Virus genome (UHGV): UHGV-1465456
Strand: one strand, 5' to 3'
From: a virus
Length of the DNA stretch: 35,465 nucleotides
Position numbers and translations under genes: made by a program. Shown piece by piece: positions 9,384 through 19,810 of this stretch. Below the pieces are notes generated by a model. It was not told the origin of the DNA and did no database searches. It saw only the letters and a program-made list of their open reading frames with translations. The first letter of the stretch is position 1. Each line of letters opens with the position of its first letter.

Positions 9384-10325
9384 TCAGATACCGTCCACGT
9401 AGGACAGGGTTTCTTTGTACACTGGCTCAACCGCACCGAGCTTGCCGTAGTAGGTCGCAATCTGATACAGACCGCGATACTGGACAGGAACGCTCTGCAA
9501 CGGCACCAGCGGATAGCGCACGTATTTCTTGTCGTTGGTGTAGGCGATCATACGGTCTTTACCGCCAACCCCACGCCCTTTCAGCCATTTGACCGCTTTG
9601 ATTTCAAGCGGAACGCCGTTCTGGTGGAAAGCGATAGTGTTCACAGCCAGATAGGTCAGCAGTGACTGGTTACCCGCTTCGGAAACCTTACGGCTCGCCA
9701 GCAGTGAATACTGCTCTGGCGGAATGCGCAGATCAGAAGGCACGATGGAATAACCGGATGCTGCCCAGGCATTAGACAGAATGCTGTTCACGCTATCGAG
9801 GATCTCGTCGTTGGTTGAGTTCGCCCAGGTCTTCGGCGCATTGTTCAGCGTCACACCGACAAGGTTTGCCAGCCCTTTCAGGCCGAGCGCATCATCGCCG
9901 ATGTAAACCTGCTCGTCGTTATCCATCTGCCATTTGAGCTGCATCCCGTCGTACTTCTGGGTATCAATCGGGCGACCTACCTGCTGAGCTGCTGCCAGCT
10001 CTACAACGGTCCAGCCCAGTTCCATACCCCAGAGGTTCAGTGGATTGCCGTCTTTGCTGATATCCACGTTCACGCCAGCAATAGCGGTGGAGTCTTTGCC
10101 TACCCAGTTTTTACCATTCGGATTTGCGCCAGTACCAGCAGCGCCAAAACTGGTGTTAGTCCAGCTGGAAATGTCATCTGCGATAGAAACGTCTTCACGC
10201 AGCTGAATATCGCGGGTCCAGGTGTAACCCACCAGCGGCAGGTTCAGCGTCTGGTCGAGTCGCTCCAGCTCCCCGATGAGAAAGGCACCAGAGCTATCAA
10301 CGGTTGCCTGATCAAAAGTAATCAT
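9384..10325 (-). CDS. major capsid protein (313 aa), putative
   Basis: Size and position after scaffold in head module. Confidence 0.55.
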   Translation of the reverse strand: MITFDQATVDSSGAFLIGELERLDQTLNLPLVGYTWTRDIQLREDVSIADDISSWTNTSFGAAGTGANPNGKNWVGKDSTAIAGVNVDISKDGNPLNLWGMELGWTVVELAAAQQVGRPIDTQKYDGMQLKWQMDNDEQVYIGDDALGLKGLANLVGVTLNNAPKTWANSTNDEILDSVNSILSNAWAASGYSIVPSDLRIPPEQYSLLASRKVSEAGNQSLLTYLAVNTIAFHQNGVPLEIKAVKWLKGRGVGGKDRMIAYTNDKKYVRYPLVPLQSVPVQYRGLYQIATYYGKLGAVEPVYKETLSYVDGI

Positions 10326-10336
10326 TCGTCTGTTCC

Positions 10337-10840
10337 TTAAATCTTCCAGGAGATTTCTGCATTGCCGTTAGCGTCACCGGCCCCTGTGAATTCGGCGTTG
10401 GTCAGCGCCACGTTTTTGCCACTGACGGACGTGGACATGAAGCCGCCCAGCGGCACTTTGATGGATTCATCAGTGGAGACGACAACGTATACCGGGTCGC
10501 CTTTTTTGATGGTGCTGGCATCAAAATCAGAACCGAGATTAACGGTCATGTAGCCACGCTTCATGGCGTCACCCGGGAAGTTCTTATCCGTCCCCACCTG
10601 GCGAACCATGTCTGGCTGTGATGTGGTCGGATACGGACGAACGTAGATCCCCTTCACCTTGTCGGCGGTGTCACCGTCCGCCAGCGGCACGAAAAAGCCG
10701 TCAGCGTCGTATTTGCCAGCCAGACCATAGGCAGCGAAGGCGTTAGCGGATTTAAGGATCACCGGCTCGACGGTTAAGTCCTGCGGGCGAGAGATAGCCC
10801 CGGCAATGCCAACAGGCATCCGGTACAGATATGCAGTCAT
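10337..10840 (-). CDS. head structural/decoration protein (167 aa), putative
   Basis: Position between scaffold and capsid genes. Confidence 0.4.
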   Translation of the reverse strand: MTAYLYRMPVGIAGAISRPQDLTVEPVILKSANAFAAYGLAGKYDADGFFVPLADGDTADKVKGIYVRPYPTTSQPDMVRQVGTDKNFPGDAMKRGYMTVNLGSDFDASTIKKGDPVYVVVSTDESIKVPLGGFMSTSVSGKNVALTNAEFTGAGDANGNAEISWKI

Positions 10841-10844
10841 TGGA

Positions 10845-12077
10845 TTATCCTTTGCGGTTAGACCAGAAGTCGGCGTTTTGTTTGTTCAGGGAAGCGATGC
10901 TGGTCATGCCCATATTTGGACGTTGTGCATCGCCCGTGGTGCTGCGGGTGTTTCGCCCTTTGGCAATCTCTGACACGGCGTTAAACGCCATATCGACCGA
11001 TTGCTTGGGCAATTTGCGGATATCTGCATCACCGACAACCTGGCGAACCAGTGTTTTGTCAGCGGCAGCCAGCACATCACGTTTGAACGCGGTCGGTTTC
11101 ACCTTACGGCTCAGATCGATACCCGGGACGATAACCTCGGCACGATAGGCAGAGTCACCGGTAATCGTGGTTTCCTCTTCGTCGTCCTCGCCGTCGCCGG
11201 TCGGATCTTTTTTGTCTTTTTCGTCAGGCTTATTGTCGTTATCGCCCGTCGCAGTTCCTTCGAGCTTAGCCAGCAGGGCTTTGAGCAAGGTTTTGATATC
11301 GTCCTCGCCGTCGCCGGTTGGATCTCCGCCCATTTCCGGCTTTTTGTCCGGCAATGGTTGCTGCGGTGAAAGGTTAATGTTGAGGTTAACGCCGCTCGGC
11401 AGATCCCCTTCGTCACCCGTTACCGCCGCTGGCGCAGAGTCCAGCAGTTCGTTCATGGTGTCAGCATCACCCGTTTTGATGGCCGTGCGCATGCGGGTCC
11501 ACCAGCTTTTCTTTTGATTTGCCATTGTGTCTCTGTCTCCAATTGCACAACGATTTCCGGCTCTGCCTTTAGGGACAAGAGCCACATGGTTTCCGGTAAT
11601 ATCGACCTGCTCGGCTTTACCTGGCTCGGTCTGCTCGTACTCCGCGTCATAGCCGCACGACACTTCGCGCAGACCATCTTCGATAAGCTGAATGGCGCTT
11701 TCGTCTTTGACGATAAGGTCTGCCAGCATCAAATCAGACTGGTCACCAGTCCCGCGCCGAACGTTCTGAAGATGCCCGACCGCAAGCTCTTTCCAGTTCT
11801 CGGGGTTGACCAGCCGCACATTTCCGTTTTCATCTTCAGGATGCAGGATCGTGATGCTCATCCCTTCGAATGAGGCGAGCGTGGCCGGATGGAATACCTG
11901 CTCAGGAGAGCGCGTTACGACTATTTCACCGAACTTATCGGGTTTCAGTTTTGGCAGGTCATCAGCACCATAGAGCTGCTTACCTGTTCGTCCTATCGGC
12001 ACGTCTTTGCACAGCAGCGAGCCGTCAGCCAGCTGATAGCGGGTTTCCCCCAGCCGGGTGTAGAAGAAATATTTCAT
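10845..12077 (-). CDS. prohead scaffold/protease-like protein (410 aa, DUF2213-like N-terminus, acidic repeat-containing C-terminal half)
   Basis: Position after portal and Mu-F-like genes; highly acidic region with internal repeat. Confidence 0.5.
   Translation of the reverse strand: MKYFFYTRLGETRYQLADGSLLCKDVPIGRTGKQLYGADDLPKLKPDKFGEIVVTRSPEQVFHPATLASFEGMSITILHPEDENGNVRLVNPENWKELAVGHLQNVRRGTGDQSDLMLADLIVKDESAIQLIEDGLREVSCGYDAEYEQTEPGKAEQVDITGNHVALVPKGRAGNRCAIGDRDTMANQKKSWWTRMRTAIKTGDADTMNELLDSAPAAVTGDEGDLPSGVNLNINLSPQQPLPDKKPEMGGDPTGDGEDDIKTLLKALLAKLEGTATGDNDNKPDEKDKKDPTGDGEDDEEETTITGDSAYRAEVIVPGIDLSRKVKPTAFKRDVLAAADKTLVRQVVGDADIRKLPKQSVDMAFNAVSEIAKGRNTRSTTGDAQRPNMGMTSIASLNKQNADFWSNRKG
11183..11324. 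repeat. two copies of a 25-bp direct repeat within the scaffold gene, encoding DPTGDGEDD peptide repeats
   Basis: tcgtcctcgccgtcgccggtYggatc read at 11183-11207 and 11299-11324. Confidence 0.6.
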
Positions 12078-12274
12078 CCATCCGCCGCCTTAGTGGATTT
12101 AATAAACTCACGCAGCAGATGCTTTATCTGACGCGCATTACCACGACCTATAAGTTGGCAGCGCTTTGCTCTATCACCAACAGATTGATAAATAGCCTCT
12201 ACGCCATTGTATTTAGCAGTGATGCGCGTAGCTTCGCTGGCCTGTTCTTTCAGGAAATAGATTGTTTTTTCCAT
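12074..12274 (-). CDS. small protein (66 aa), unknown
   Basis: ORF with ATGA overlap to downstream scaffold gene. Confidence 0.35.
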   Translation of the reverse strand: MEKTIYFLKEQASEATRITAKYNGVEAIYQSVGDRAKRCQLIGRGNARQIKHLLREFIKSTKAADG

Positions 12275-12288
12275 GGGTTACCTGCAAT

Positions 12289-13062
12289 TCAGGCGAGATA
12301 GGGATGAGGTGTCGGGAATACGATTTCTTTGTAGCAACGGCAGTTAGGTAACTCCCCGGCGTGACCGGTCATGCCGTCAAGCGTTGGAGGTCGGCCCCAT
12401 TCGACAAACTTCCCTTCCATCTCTCGATGAGAATGCCGGACGTCGCCATCTTCGGCTGTACGCCAGATATAACCATTCGAGCCGATTGACAGCGCACGCG
12501 CCTGATCCAGTGCACCGGTTGCGCGCCCAAGCTCAGTCCGGGCGATAAGGTTCGCTCGTGAGCGTGACACGTCACCGGAAGCAGCTATCTCTTTCGCGAA
12601 TGGCTCAGCGCGGCCACCAGTCACAACAGCCTCGATGGCTTTGTTCTGAATGTCATACACCCGATCGGCGGCCTCAAGAGGCAGCGATTTAATGTACTTA
12701 ATTTGCTCGGCAACGATGGATTTCATCACCTGGCCTACCGGGGCGCGGTCAACCATGTTGCGCAGCTCTGCGCTGATGTTCCGGCTGTGCTGACGCCACT
12801 GCTTTTCATTCTGGCGCGCTATGTCTGCGGTGAAGTTCTCAGCAACCTTCGTCGCCCAGGGGGTGATGATTTCGCTGTAGCGCTCCAGCGCATCCATTAT
12901 TTCGGTGACGCTATCGTTTGAACCATCGTAGCGCCCATTTACGATATCCCCGACCGCCCGCGCTATCTGCCGTAGGCTCGTTCGATATCGGATCTCCGCC
13001 TGGCGACTCTGGCGGTTTGTCGCCAAGTTCGCCGATGCCTGGCGGCGCTTCGTCTTCGGCAT
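12289..13062 (-). CDS. head morphogenesis protein (Mu F / SPP1 gp7-like); start may be internal because first Met overlaps portal by 150 nt
   Basis: Position after portal; family recalled from memory; C-terminal Cys motif PNCRCY. Confidence 0.55.
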   Translation of the reverse strand: MPKTKRRQASANLATNRQSRQAEIRYRTSLRQIARAVGDIVNGRYDGSNDSVTEIMDALERYSEIITPWATKVAENFTADIARQNEKQWRQHSRNISAELRNMVDRAPVGQVMKSIVAEQIKYIKSLPLEAADRVYDIQNKAIEAVVTGGRAEPFAKEIAASGDVSRSRANLIARTELGRATGALDQARALSIGSNGYIWRTAEDGDVRHSHREMEGKFVEWGRPPTLDGMTGHAGELPNCRCYKEIVFPTPHPYLA

Positions 13063-14380
13063 TCTCGATATCCTCGTCGGTAATGGATGCCCCGATGCCG
13101 GTGACGTCAGAGTTTTCGCGCAGGTCGGTCATCGCCGCCTTACGCGTCATCAATCCGTCGCCCAGCGCGGTACTGATCGCGTTGGTGGTGTTTACGGCCA
13201 CCGTTGATCGGTCAACGTCTGACATTTGCCATAGCGGGTTAAACTCAAACGTGAAATCGTCCGGCAGCGGCTTTCCGAGTTCCGAGCGGTGCATAATGTC
13301 CAGTATCCGGCGCATCGGCAGCCGTAAGCGGCGCTCCTGCAATGAGCTCACCCGGTCGTAATAGTTGGCGAGGTCTGCATCACCAGTAGAGAAGCCTTTC
13401 GGGGATTGACCGAACAGGCGTACCAGCGGGATACCAACGGCACCGCTGATCTGCTCAGCAAACTGCGAAAGAATGTCATCCAGACCACTAAAGCTGTACT
13501 GGTGGGTTTCGAACTTATCCCGCGAGTCCATGAGCGTCATACCTTCATTGCTCTGGAACTGGCGGATCAGGTCGATGTTCTTCAGCAACGCTTCGAACGC
13601 CGGGCCTCCAAGCGCGATAAGCTCGCGCAACTTCTCCACGCTATAGGTACGCAGATGCGCTTTATAGACCAGCTGCGCCGCGCCGACAGTAGCGCTATCG
13701 AACGCAGTAAGCCGATCCCAGATACGCTCTACAACCGACATTCCCCATTCGTTTTCGGTCATCTTCTGCTGGAATGGCAGCGTGACGCCATCAAAGCGGA
13801 TCAGGCGGCTGTGATGGATGCGCCAGGCCGGAATGCCCGTTGCGGTGGTCACCACGTCGTAAAACTCAGGCTTGCCGAGGTCCGGCCCCATCTCTTTAAT
13901 GCGGCGTGTCAGCACCGGGTTAATCATCCAGCGGTCGAGCGGGAGAATGCCCTTAAACTTGCCCTCGCCAATGGTTTCGAGTCGCAGCGGGGTCATTGGT
14001 GCTTGCCCCTCGATCATGATGAAGCCGACCGCGCCGCCGTAGAGGCGCGACCATTTCAGCACGTCGTTCAGCGCATCCCAGATCTGCAACTCATCCAGTT
14101 GCGCTTCGAGGGTGCCACGGTCTTTGGCGTCAATCTCCGAAGTGATGCGAATGCCCTTTCGGGTCATATCGTCCGGGATAGCGTCGACCGCTTCACCGAT
14201 AACCCACGAACCGCGATATGACCATTCCACCAGCATGCGGTTGCGGCTGGTGGAGTTCGCCCGGTAGGTCGATGCTGAATGCTGGTTAGGCGTCTGCATC
14301 CCAACACGGGCGACGAAGTTCTCGTAGCCGTCAGCGGTGGGCTGTGCCGTTCGCTGAGAGGATTGCTTGTTTCGTGCCAT
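12911..14380 (-). CDS. portal protein (489 aa)
   Basis: Size and position immediately downstream of large terminase, start overlaps terminase stop. Confidence 0.7.
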   Translation of the reverse strand: MARNKQSSQRTAQPTADGYENFVARVGMQTPNQHSASTYRANSTSRNRMLVEWSYRGSWVIGEAVDAIPDDMTRKGIRITSEIDAKDRGTLEAQLDELQIWDALNDVLKWSRLYGGAVGFIMIEGQAPMTPLRLETIGEGKFKGILPLDRWMINPVLTRRIKEMGPDLGKPEFYDVVTTATGIPAWRIHHSRLIRFDGVTLPFQQKMTENEWGMSVVERIWDRLTAFDSATVGAAQLVYKAHLRTYSVEKLRELIALGGPAFEALLKNIDLIRQFQSNEGMTLMDSRDKFETHQYSFSGLDDILSQFAEQISGAVGIPLVRLFGQSPKGFSTGDADLANYYDRVSSLQERRLRLPMRRILDIMHRSELGKPLPDDFTFEFNPLWQMSDVDRSTVAVNTTNAISTALGDGLMTRKAAMTDLRENSDVTGIGASITDEDIENAEDEAPPGIGELGDKPPESPGGDPISNEPTADSAGGRGYRKWALRWFKR

Positions 14381-16008
14381 CAGGCCTGTCTCCCTAGCAG
14401 CTCCCAGATGTTCAGGGCTGAATTCATTGGCGCGTAGCTGATCATCACCGAGTCGGCGAGGTTCGGCGACTTGGTGCCATCAGGCTGTTTATCAACAACG
14501 ATTTTCCCCACGCCATTAATGGAGTAGGTCGGCTGCGACAGCTCGATGATGAGTTTGTCTTTGCTCGCCATGGCGCTGCTGATTGAGATGATTTCGTCCG
14601 GGTTGTAGGCCATGCCCTCAACCACGGCGCGATAGGTGTTCTGGAAAAGCTTGCGTAAATGCCACCAGCTCTGGGCCTTGGCGTTGGCGAAGAAGTCCTT
14701 GTTCAGGCGTGCGGCCTGTCCGTTGTCCCCGCGCACCGCTTCATCGTCCGGATCAAATACCGCGCCGCTACCACGAAACGGTGTGGCGAGTATTGACGGT
14801 CGGCGCGCAGCGTTACGCAGTTCGTTGATGGCGCGTGCATCGCCGCGAACGCCAGCGCCCAGGCCGTCCTCGTCGAAGCGAAATTCTTCGAGGTTGTCCT
14901 GTTCGCAAAAGCCGAAGACCTTCTCAACGGACTGGTAAATGTCGCTGCCCACGCCGGACCATTCACGCACGTTCTCCAGAAGGAAGCCGTGACGGGTCGA
15001 AAAGGCATTTTTGTCCCGGCCTTCGTCGGCGACGTCCATCGCGCCCAGTCGCTTGCCCGTTGGCTGAATACCAAGTTTGATATGCGCGTCGACGGCAGCC
15101 TGTACCCAGTCGGACGGGATCAGGACGCCTTCCGCAGATGCGCTGTAGTTCAGGTCAAGTTCCTGCGCCACCACCACCGGATTGTCGATTTTCTCGCACT
15201 CCCTGCGATACCACTCTTCATCCTTGCGAGGATCATCCCGCCAGTGGAATGTGAATACCGGTATCTTCCCGCCGTGACGCTTCTGCGCGAACGGGTTCGC
15301 CATGCCATTAACCGAGCTCAGGTCAATACGGCAACGGGTGGTTTGCGACAGCGCCGCATCAATCAACAGAGGACGCTGGAGGAATGCAGCTTCATCCACC
15401 AGGTAGAGCGTGGTACGGTCACCACGACCGATATTGTCGCCAGCCTCGCCTTTGATGACCGCGCCAGTATCGGGAAACTCAACGCGCATATACGGCGCAT
15501 GCTTCTTCTCGTCCCACGAACCACGAAACTCGATGGGCAGTGTTTCCACGAACTTTCGCGCCTTCCAGAACAGCGCCTTCGGGTCACCGGTGCTGTCGAC
15601 GTATTCCTCTTTACGGGAGCCGAAACCGATAACCATTTCTTTGTTGAAGAGACAAAGCGAGCAGGCCAGCCCGATCGCGGTCCAACTGAGCCCCATTTCG
15701 CGGCTCTTTTCGGTGATGCCGTTCTCCAGTCGTTCGCGCCGCTCCATGATCCAGTGAATCCACTCTTCCTGTTTCGGGAACAGCAGAAAAGGGATGGTGA
15801 CCGGCAGGCCATAATCGATGTTACGCGGGTCAGTAGTCATACCCCAGTCGATGATGAACTGTGCCGGGTTGGTGCGATAAAACTGCTTTAGCGCTGGCAG
15901 CATTTCAGGGTTCTGGCGAATGCGCTGTAAGCGCTCCATCCGCCATTCAAAAACCATCTGGTAATCAGGGTTTCTGAAATCGAATTCAAACGGGAGAGGC
16001 ATGATCAC
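14380..16008 (-). CDS. terminase large subunit (542 aa)
   Basis: Size, position, Walker-B-like LYLVDEAAF motif and C-terminal nuclease-like region. Confidence 0.8.
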   Translation of the reverse strand: MIMPLPFEFDFRNPDYQMVFEWRMERLQRIRQNPEMLPALKQFYRTNPAQFIIDWGMTTDPRNIDYGLPVTIPFLLFPKQEEWIHWIMERRERLENGITEKSREMGLSWTAIGLACSLCLFNKEMVIGFGSRKEEYVDSTGDPKALFWKARKFVETLPIEFRGSWDEKKHAPYMRVEFPDTGAVIKGEAGDNIGRGDRTTLYLVDEAAFLQRPLLIDAALSQTTRCRIDLSSVNGMANPFAQKRHGGKIPVFTFHWRDDPRKDEEWYRRECEKIDNPVVVAQELDLNYSASAEGVLIPSDWVQAAVDAHIKLGIQPTGKRLGAMDVADEGRDKNAFSTRHGFLLENVREWSGVGSDIYQSVEKVFGFCEQDNLEEFRFDEDGLGAGVRGDARAINELRNAARRPSILATPFRGSGAVFDPDDEAVRGDNGQAARLNKDFFANAKAQSWWHLRKLFQNTYRAVVEGMAYNPDEIISISSAMASKDKLIIELSQPTYSINGVGKIVVDKQPDGTKSPNLADSVMISYAPMNSALNIWELLGRQA

Positions 16009-16478
16009 CCCATCATCTTGCGGTAAATCTCTGCGGCCTGATCTGCGGTGAGGTTGGTCGTCTCGGTCTTGATCGGGCCGCCATCCTTGCCAGTGCTCTC
16101 AACCTTCAGCTTATTGGTGTAAGCGTCGCCAACCTCTTTCGCGGCCTGTTCGATAAGCTGCGCCGTCAGGGAGAAGTTTTTCATCCCCTCGGTTTTGGTT
16201 GCCATGCGGTCAAGCACGCGGAGGCGATAGGATTTGTTCGCTATCGGAATGTCGCTGGTTTCGGTCAGGAACCGTTCGCGCGTCGCGTGGAACATCTCGA
16301 TCCACTTTTTGGCGAGCGTCTTACCGCTGGCCTTCGTGGGGTCGTGAGATTCAGCCTGCTGGCGGGTGATCCTGATCCCGAATTCTTTTTGGACAGCCTC
16401 GACCACCTGCGATGGCGTGTCATAGCACGCAAGCGACTGAATGATGAAGGCTTTCACATCAGGTTTTAATGCAGCCAT
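16005..16478 (-). CDS. terminase small subunit (157 aa, DUF2280-like), putative
   Basis: Position directly upstream of and overlapping large terminase. Confidence 0.55.
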   Translation of the reverse strand: MAALKPDVKAFIIQSLACYDTPSQVVEAVQKEFGIRITRQQAESHDPTKASGKTLAKKWIEMFHATRERFLTETSDIPIANKSYRLRVLDRMATKTEGMKNFSLTAQLIEQAAKEVGDAYTNKLKVESTGKDGGPIKTETTNLTADQAAEIYRKMMG

Positions 16479-16509
16479 AAATCACCATTCGTCTTATACA
16501 GTCCAGTAT

Positions 16510-17166
16510 TTAAGCCAGTCGCAGCATGCACGTCCCGCACGCTCTGGCAATATCGAGATGAGCAACCTCCGCTGGCTGATTCGCCGCATCAATCATTTCC
16601 TGCACGTCCCGGCTCGCACCGTAACGGCGAACCACGCCCACAAACTCTTCCACGTCATGGCCGCGCAGCTTCAGCTTTGGCTGCCCTTCCTGCGTGAACT
16701 TCGGCGCACCAAATTCATCTGTCGCTTGGCAGATGTGATAAAGCTCGTGCTCTATCAGCGCGCAGAATTCCAGATCGGAACATTGCGAGCAGTAATCGGC
16801 GGCCAGCGTGATGATGAACTGCGGCACCCTGCCGAACCATTCATACATCTGCTGCTCCATCCGCGCTTTCTGCCAGCCTCCGGCCCGCATTGCCACTTCT
16901 TCCGCCTGCCCCAGCACGGAACGCCCTTTCTTCTCGAAAGCGTTCGATGCCCAGAGAAAGCACAGATCCGCTTCAAGCAAATGCTGGTGGTCATGGTTGT
17001 AGAGGTCACCCTCATCGCTCAGGATGTGCTGATTCAGCCACTCGCCAACGTCATTAGCGGGCATAATGCTGATGTACGGCTTCGGGTCAGGTGGCATCGT
17101 AAAATGCGCTGGTGGGTGTGGTCTGTTCATGAATAATTCCAGTGCTCCATTATCGAAGCCCCTCAA
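16510..17166 (-). CDS. HExxH motif protein, putative zinc metallopeptidase of unknown role (218 aa)
   Basis: Motif IEHELYH read in translation; no confident family assignment. Confidence 0.45.
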   Translation of the reverse strand: MRGFDNGALELFMNRPHPPAHFTMPPDPKPYISIMPANDVGEWLNQHILSDEGDLYNHDHQHLLEADLCFLWASNAFEKKGRSVLGQAEEVAMRAGGWQKARMEQQMYEWFGRVPQFIITLAADYCSQCSDLEFCALIEHELYHICQATDEFGAPKFTQEGQPKLKLRGHDVEEFVGVVRRYGASRDVQEMIDAANQPAEVAHLDIARACGTCMLRLA

Positions 17167-17190
17167 TGAAGGGCTTCTGTAATGCCGCGA

Positions 17191-17715
17191 TCAGCCAATA
17201 AGTAATTCCGGCTGCGTTACCTGCATGATGTGCTCATGTTCGAGCTCCAGGACGCGCTTCTCTTTCTTCCGCTCGTTCATCAAACGGCTTCCGAACGTGC
17301 CTTTCAGCTTTGAGCGCGTTTCTTTGATGGCGTAGCGATGCTGCAATTCTTCACCCATCGCCATGCGCCGGTTTAGCTGCTCTGCCATCCAGTTGAATGC
17401 TGCGATATAGCTCTCCTTGATTGCCGCAGCAGCTTTCCCGGTGAACCCCATCACAACCATGATCCAGCCATCTTTCGTCAGGCTGTACATCGGGCGAACC
17501 TTGCCCTGCTCATCGATATAATCAGCCGACGCAAAATTGCGTTGGCTAAACTCACGCGAGCAATCAGCCTTAACCTGCTCGATTTTCCTGAGAACATCAC
17601 CGTGTCGCTTGCCGAAGTACTTGGCAATTTTTCTGGATGTGGTAACGACCTCTCCGTTTTTGGCTTGCACCATTTCTCGGAAGTCGAAGGATGGAATAAC
17701 TGAATGATTATTCAT
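17191..17715 (-). CDS. phage regulatory protein Rha family (174 aa)
   Basis: Recalled Rha-family similarity; position between lysis and terminase as in P22. Confidence 0.6.
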   Translation of the reverse strand: MNNHSVIPSFDFREMVQAKNGEVVTTSRKIAKYFGKRHGDVLRKIEQVKADCSREFSQRNFASADYIDEQGKVRPMYSLTKDGWIMVVMGFTGKAAAAIKESYIAAFNWMAEQLNRRMAMGEELQHRYAIKETRSKLKGTFGSRLMNERKKEKRVLELEHEHIMQVTQPELLIG

Positions 17716-17729
17716 AGCGTCTTTACCTT

Positions 17730-18281
17730 TTAGAAAGTGAGCCTGTCTCTGGTTCCGTGATTTTTGTGATATTGCAACTGCATCTCGGCAGCCTTTCTTG
17801 CTTTCACCGCTTCACGGAAATCATCGAAGTAACCAATATGCTTCACCTTCCCAGAGACGTTTATCTTTGCTCTCCACTTTCCCCGCGCTTTATACCAACC
17901 TACTCCTGGGATACCGGTTTTATTTGTGGAGTAAAGGCGCAAATTTTTGCTATTGGCTGCCGAAGTTACTGATCGCAAGTTGTCTATGCGGTTATCACTC
18001 CTATCGCCTGAAATGTGATCAATCTCATTATCAGGCCAGTAGCCGTAATGTAACGCCCAGGCTACACGATGAGATCTATATAACCGGCCGCATATCCCGA
18101 TACGCAAATATCCATCGCTATCACGTGCGCCTGCTACTTTTCCAGCAAAATTAGCATTGGTCGCCCGCCAAGAATTTTCGGTCTTAAAATGAATTTTTGG
18201 TCGCTGCTTCCAACGGATAACACCAGTATCTGGTGCGTATTCCAGTGCTTCTTTCAGATATTCGATAGAAATATCATTCAT
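17730..18281 (-). CDS. HNH endonuclease with AP2-like DNA-binding domain (183 aa)
   Basis: HNH-like DHISGDRSDNRIDNL motif and AP2-like GVGWYKARGKWRAKI...GYFDDFREAVKARKAAE segment. Confidence 0.7.
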   Translation of the reverse strand: MNDISIEYLKEALEYAPDTGVIRWKQRPKIHFKTENSWRATNANFAGKVAGARDSDGYLRIGICGRLYRSHRVAWALHYGYWPDNEIDHISGDRSDNRIDNLRSVTSAANSKNLRLYSTNKTGIPGVGWYKARGKWRAKINVSGKVKHIGYFDDFREAVKARKAAEMQLQYHKNHGTRDRLTF

Positions 18282-18424
18282 CGGATTTACCTTTTAGTGA
18301 TGAACCTTGTCTCACAGGAAATCCGGCCCTCAGATGCTCCGACAGCCAGCCGGTATCCTCAAGGGTCATCCTGAAAGGTTCTGAGTGGTAATATGCGCGT
18401 GAGATGCGCTGTGAAATTCAGATG

Positions 18425-18450
18425 TAAAAAAGCCCCGCATCGCGAGGCTC
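18425..18450 (-). terminator. rho-independent terminator candidate after lysis cassette
   Basis: Imperfect GC hairpin followed by T6 on minus strand. Confidence 0.4.
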
Positions 18451-18481
18451 ATTAAATGGACTTTGTGATTTGCAAAAAAAA

Positions 18482-18949
18482 TTATTTCAGGCATTGCGTC
18501 CTGATGTACTCCTGCAGGTAGTTAACCTGCGCGGTTATCTTGTCGATTCCACTTCGGAGACGGTAATAATTGAGTTCAGCATCTGCTGTAAGTCTTGGGC
18601 TTTCTCCATCGCCCATGCCGCTGGCTCCGGTCGTTGACTTTGCACAGGTGGCGGCGACTTGCAGCCGCTTACGGCCAGCAATGACATCGCTATGCAGACG
18701 CTCAATGGTTTCTTTCGCATCAGCCAGTTCTCCGGTGTATTTGGCATCCAGTGCAGCGACATCACGCTGGCGGGTCTGCATGTCTTTAATGGTGGCGGTC
18801 GCCAGGAGGAGTTTCTCAGTGGCCTTATCGCGCTGGTCTCTGTAAGTGATGGCGTTGTCGCGGTAGTGGTTCACGAAGAAAGCCAGTGCGCCGATTAACG
18901 CCAGCACCAGCAACTGCAGCCAGTAACGCTTAACCAGTGCGCTAATCAT
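18482..18949 (-). CDS. Rz: i-spanin Rz
   Basis: Strong recalled similarity to lambda Rz ([11 protein letters not shown]...[13 protein letters not shown]); N-terminal TM segment. Confidence 0.85.
   Translation of the reverse strand: MISALVKRYWLQLLVLALIGALAFFVNHYRDNAITYRDQRDKATEKLLLATATIKDMQTRQRDVAALDAKYTGELADAKETIERLHSDVIAGRKRLQVAATCAKSTTGASGMGDGESPRLTADAELNYYRLRSGIDKITAQVNYLQEYIRTQCLK
18535..18720 (-). CDS. Rz1: o-spanin Rz1 lipoprotein embedded in Rz in +1 frame (start at MRKKPLSV)
   Basis: Embedded ORF with lipobox LLAVSGC and Pro-rich mature part. Confidence 0.7.
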   Translation of the reverse strand: MRKKPLSVCIAMSLLAVSGCKSPPPVQSQRPEPAAWAMEKAQDLQQMLNSIITVSEVESTR

Positions 18950-19395
18950 GACAGGAACAGAGCTCGCTCTGCCTTGCGGCGATTCGTGAGCCCCGGCATC
19001 ACCTTTCCGCCTGATTTATTCCAGCGCAGAAATTCATCTGCCGCGCCTTTTATATCGCCAGCATTCAGCTTTTTCAGCAGTGTAGATGTGGAAAGAGCAC
19101 GCGACCCAACGTTGTAAGCGAACGACACCAGTGCGTCGAACTGGCCTTGTGTCAGCTTCACCCTGACAACTTTCAGCACGTCATTCTCATAACCAACAAG
19201 CCCTGTTTTCAGAAGCCTGTCAGCGGTTTGCTGGTCGATAGTCATACCGCGCTTTACTGGCTTTCCGTCAACCGGATGGGTCCAGCCATAGCCGATGGTC
19301 CACGGCGCATCTCCCGTTCCGGGGTCGGGGTAAGCAGTCAGCCGACAACCTTCAAATTTTTTTATCAGAGCAATTCCGTCAGGACTGGTTTGCAT
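18946..19395 (-). CDS. phage lysozyme (T4/P22 gp19-type endolysin); start at internal Met MQTSPDG of ORF 18946..19467
   Basis: Recalled similarity to P22 gp19-type lysozymes (C-terminal [11 protein letters not shown]); position between holin and Rz. Confidence 0.8.
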   Translation of the reverse strand: MQTSPDGIALIKKFEGCRLTAYPDPGTGDAPWTIGYGWTHPVDGKPVKRGMTIDQQTADRLLKTGLVGYENDVLKVVRVKLTQGQFDALVSFAYNVGSRALSTSTLLKKLNAGDIKGAADEFLRWNKSGGKVMPGLTNRRKAERALFLS

Positions 19396-19702
19396 CGTCA
19401 ACTCCCGCCTTTTTTGCTGCAAGTTTTTTAATAAGATTGCCGATCGAATCGGTGCCGATGTATCCAATAAAGACGCTGGCTATGTAGGCGAGGTTGCTGC
19501 TCAGGCCGATAAAGTCCAGAAGGTCACGAACGAACCAGGCAATCATCGCGCACATCAGCGCATCAATTAGCGTTTTTGTTACCGCGCCGCCGTTATAGCG
19601 ACCACGCAGATACGCCATGATAAAAGCCAGCATTGCACCAATACCCTGCTCCTTGGCGGCAAGTAGCGCAGCGATGAAATCTTGTTTGTATGGCATTTTC
19701 AT
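19379..19702 (-). CDS. S: class I holin, lambda S-like, with dual-start MKM motif
   Basis: Near-identity to recalled lambda S sequence (MKMP...AAKEQGIGA...LRGRYNGGA...); start chosen at MKM inside ORF 19379..19780. Confidence 0.85.
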   Translation of the reverse strand: MKMPYKQDFIAALLAAKEQGIGAMLAFIMAYLRGRYNGGAVTKTLIDALMCAMIAWFVRDLLDFIGLSSNLAYIASVFIGYIGTDSIGNLIKKLAAKKAGVDDANQS

Positions 19703-19810
19703 AGGCCTCACCTCCGATTTTTCGGATGGCGCTGTGTGTGTATGAAAAGGATCAGGCTTCACTGGCTGGATTTTCAACAAAGCACGTAGTGATTGATTCC
19801 CGTGAGCCTG

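Noticed and set aside
13406-14221. 271-aa plus-strand ORF antisense to the portal gene
   Set aside because: Lies entirely inside a well-supported minus-strand gene in GC-rich DNA; composition is Arg/His-rich and not protein-like; typical antisense artefact.
14989-15891. 300-aa plus-strand ORF antisense to the large terminase gene
   Set aside because: Fully embedded in the terminase coding region on the opposite strand; Arg-rich low-complexity translation.
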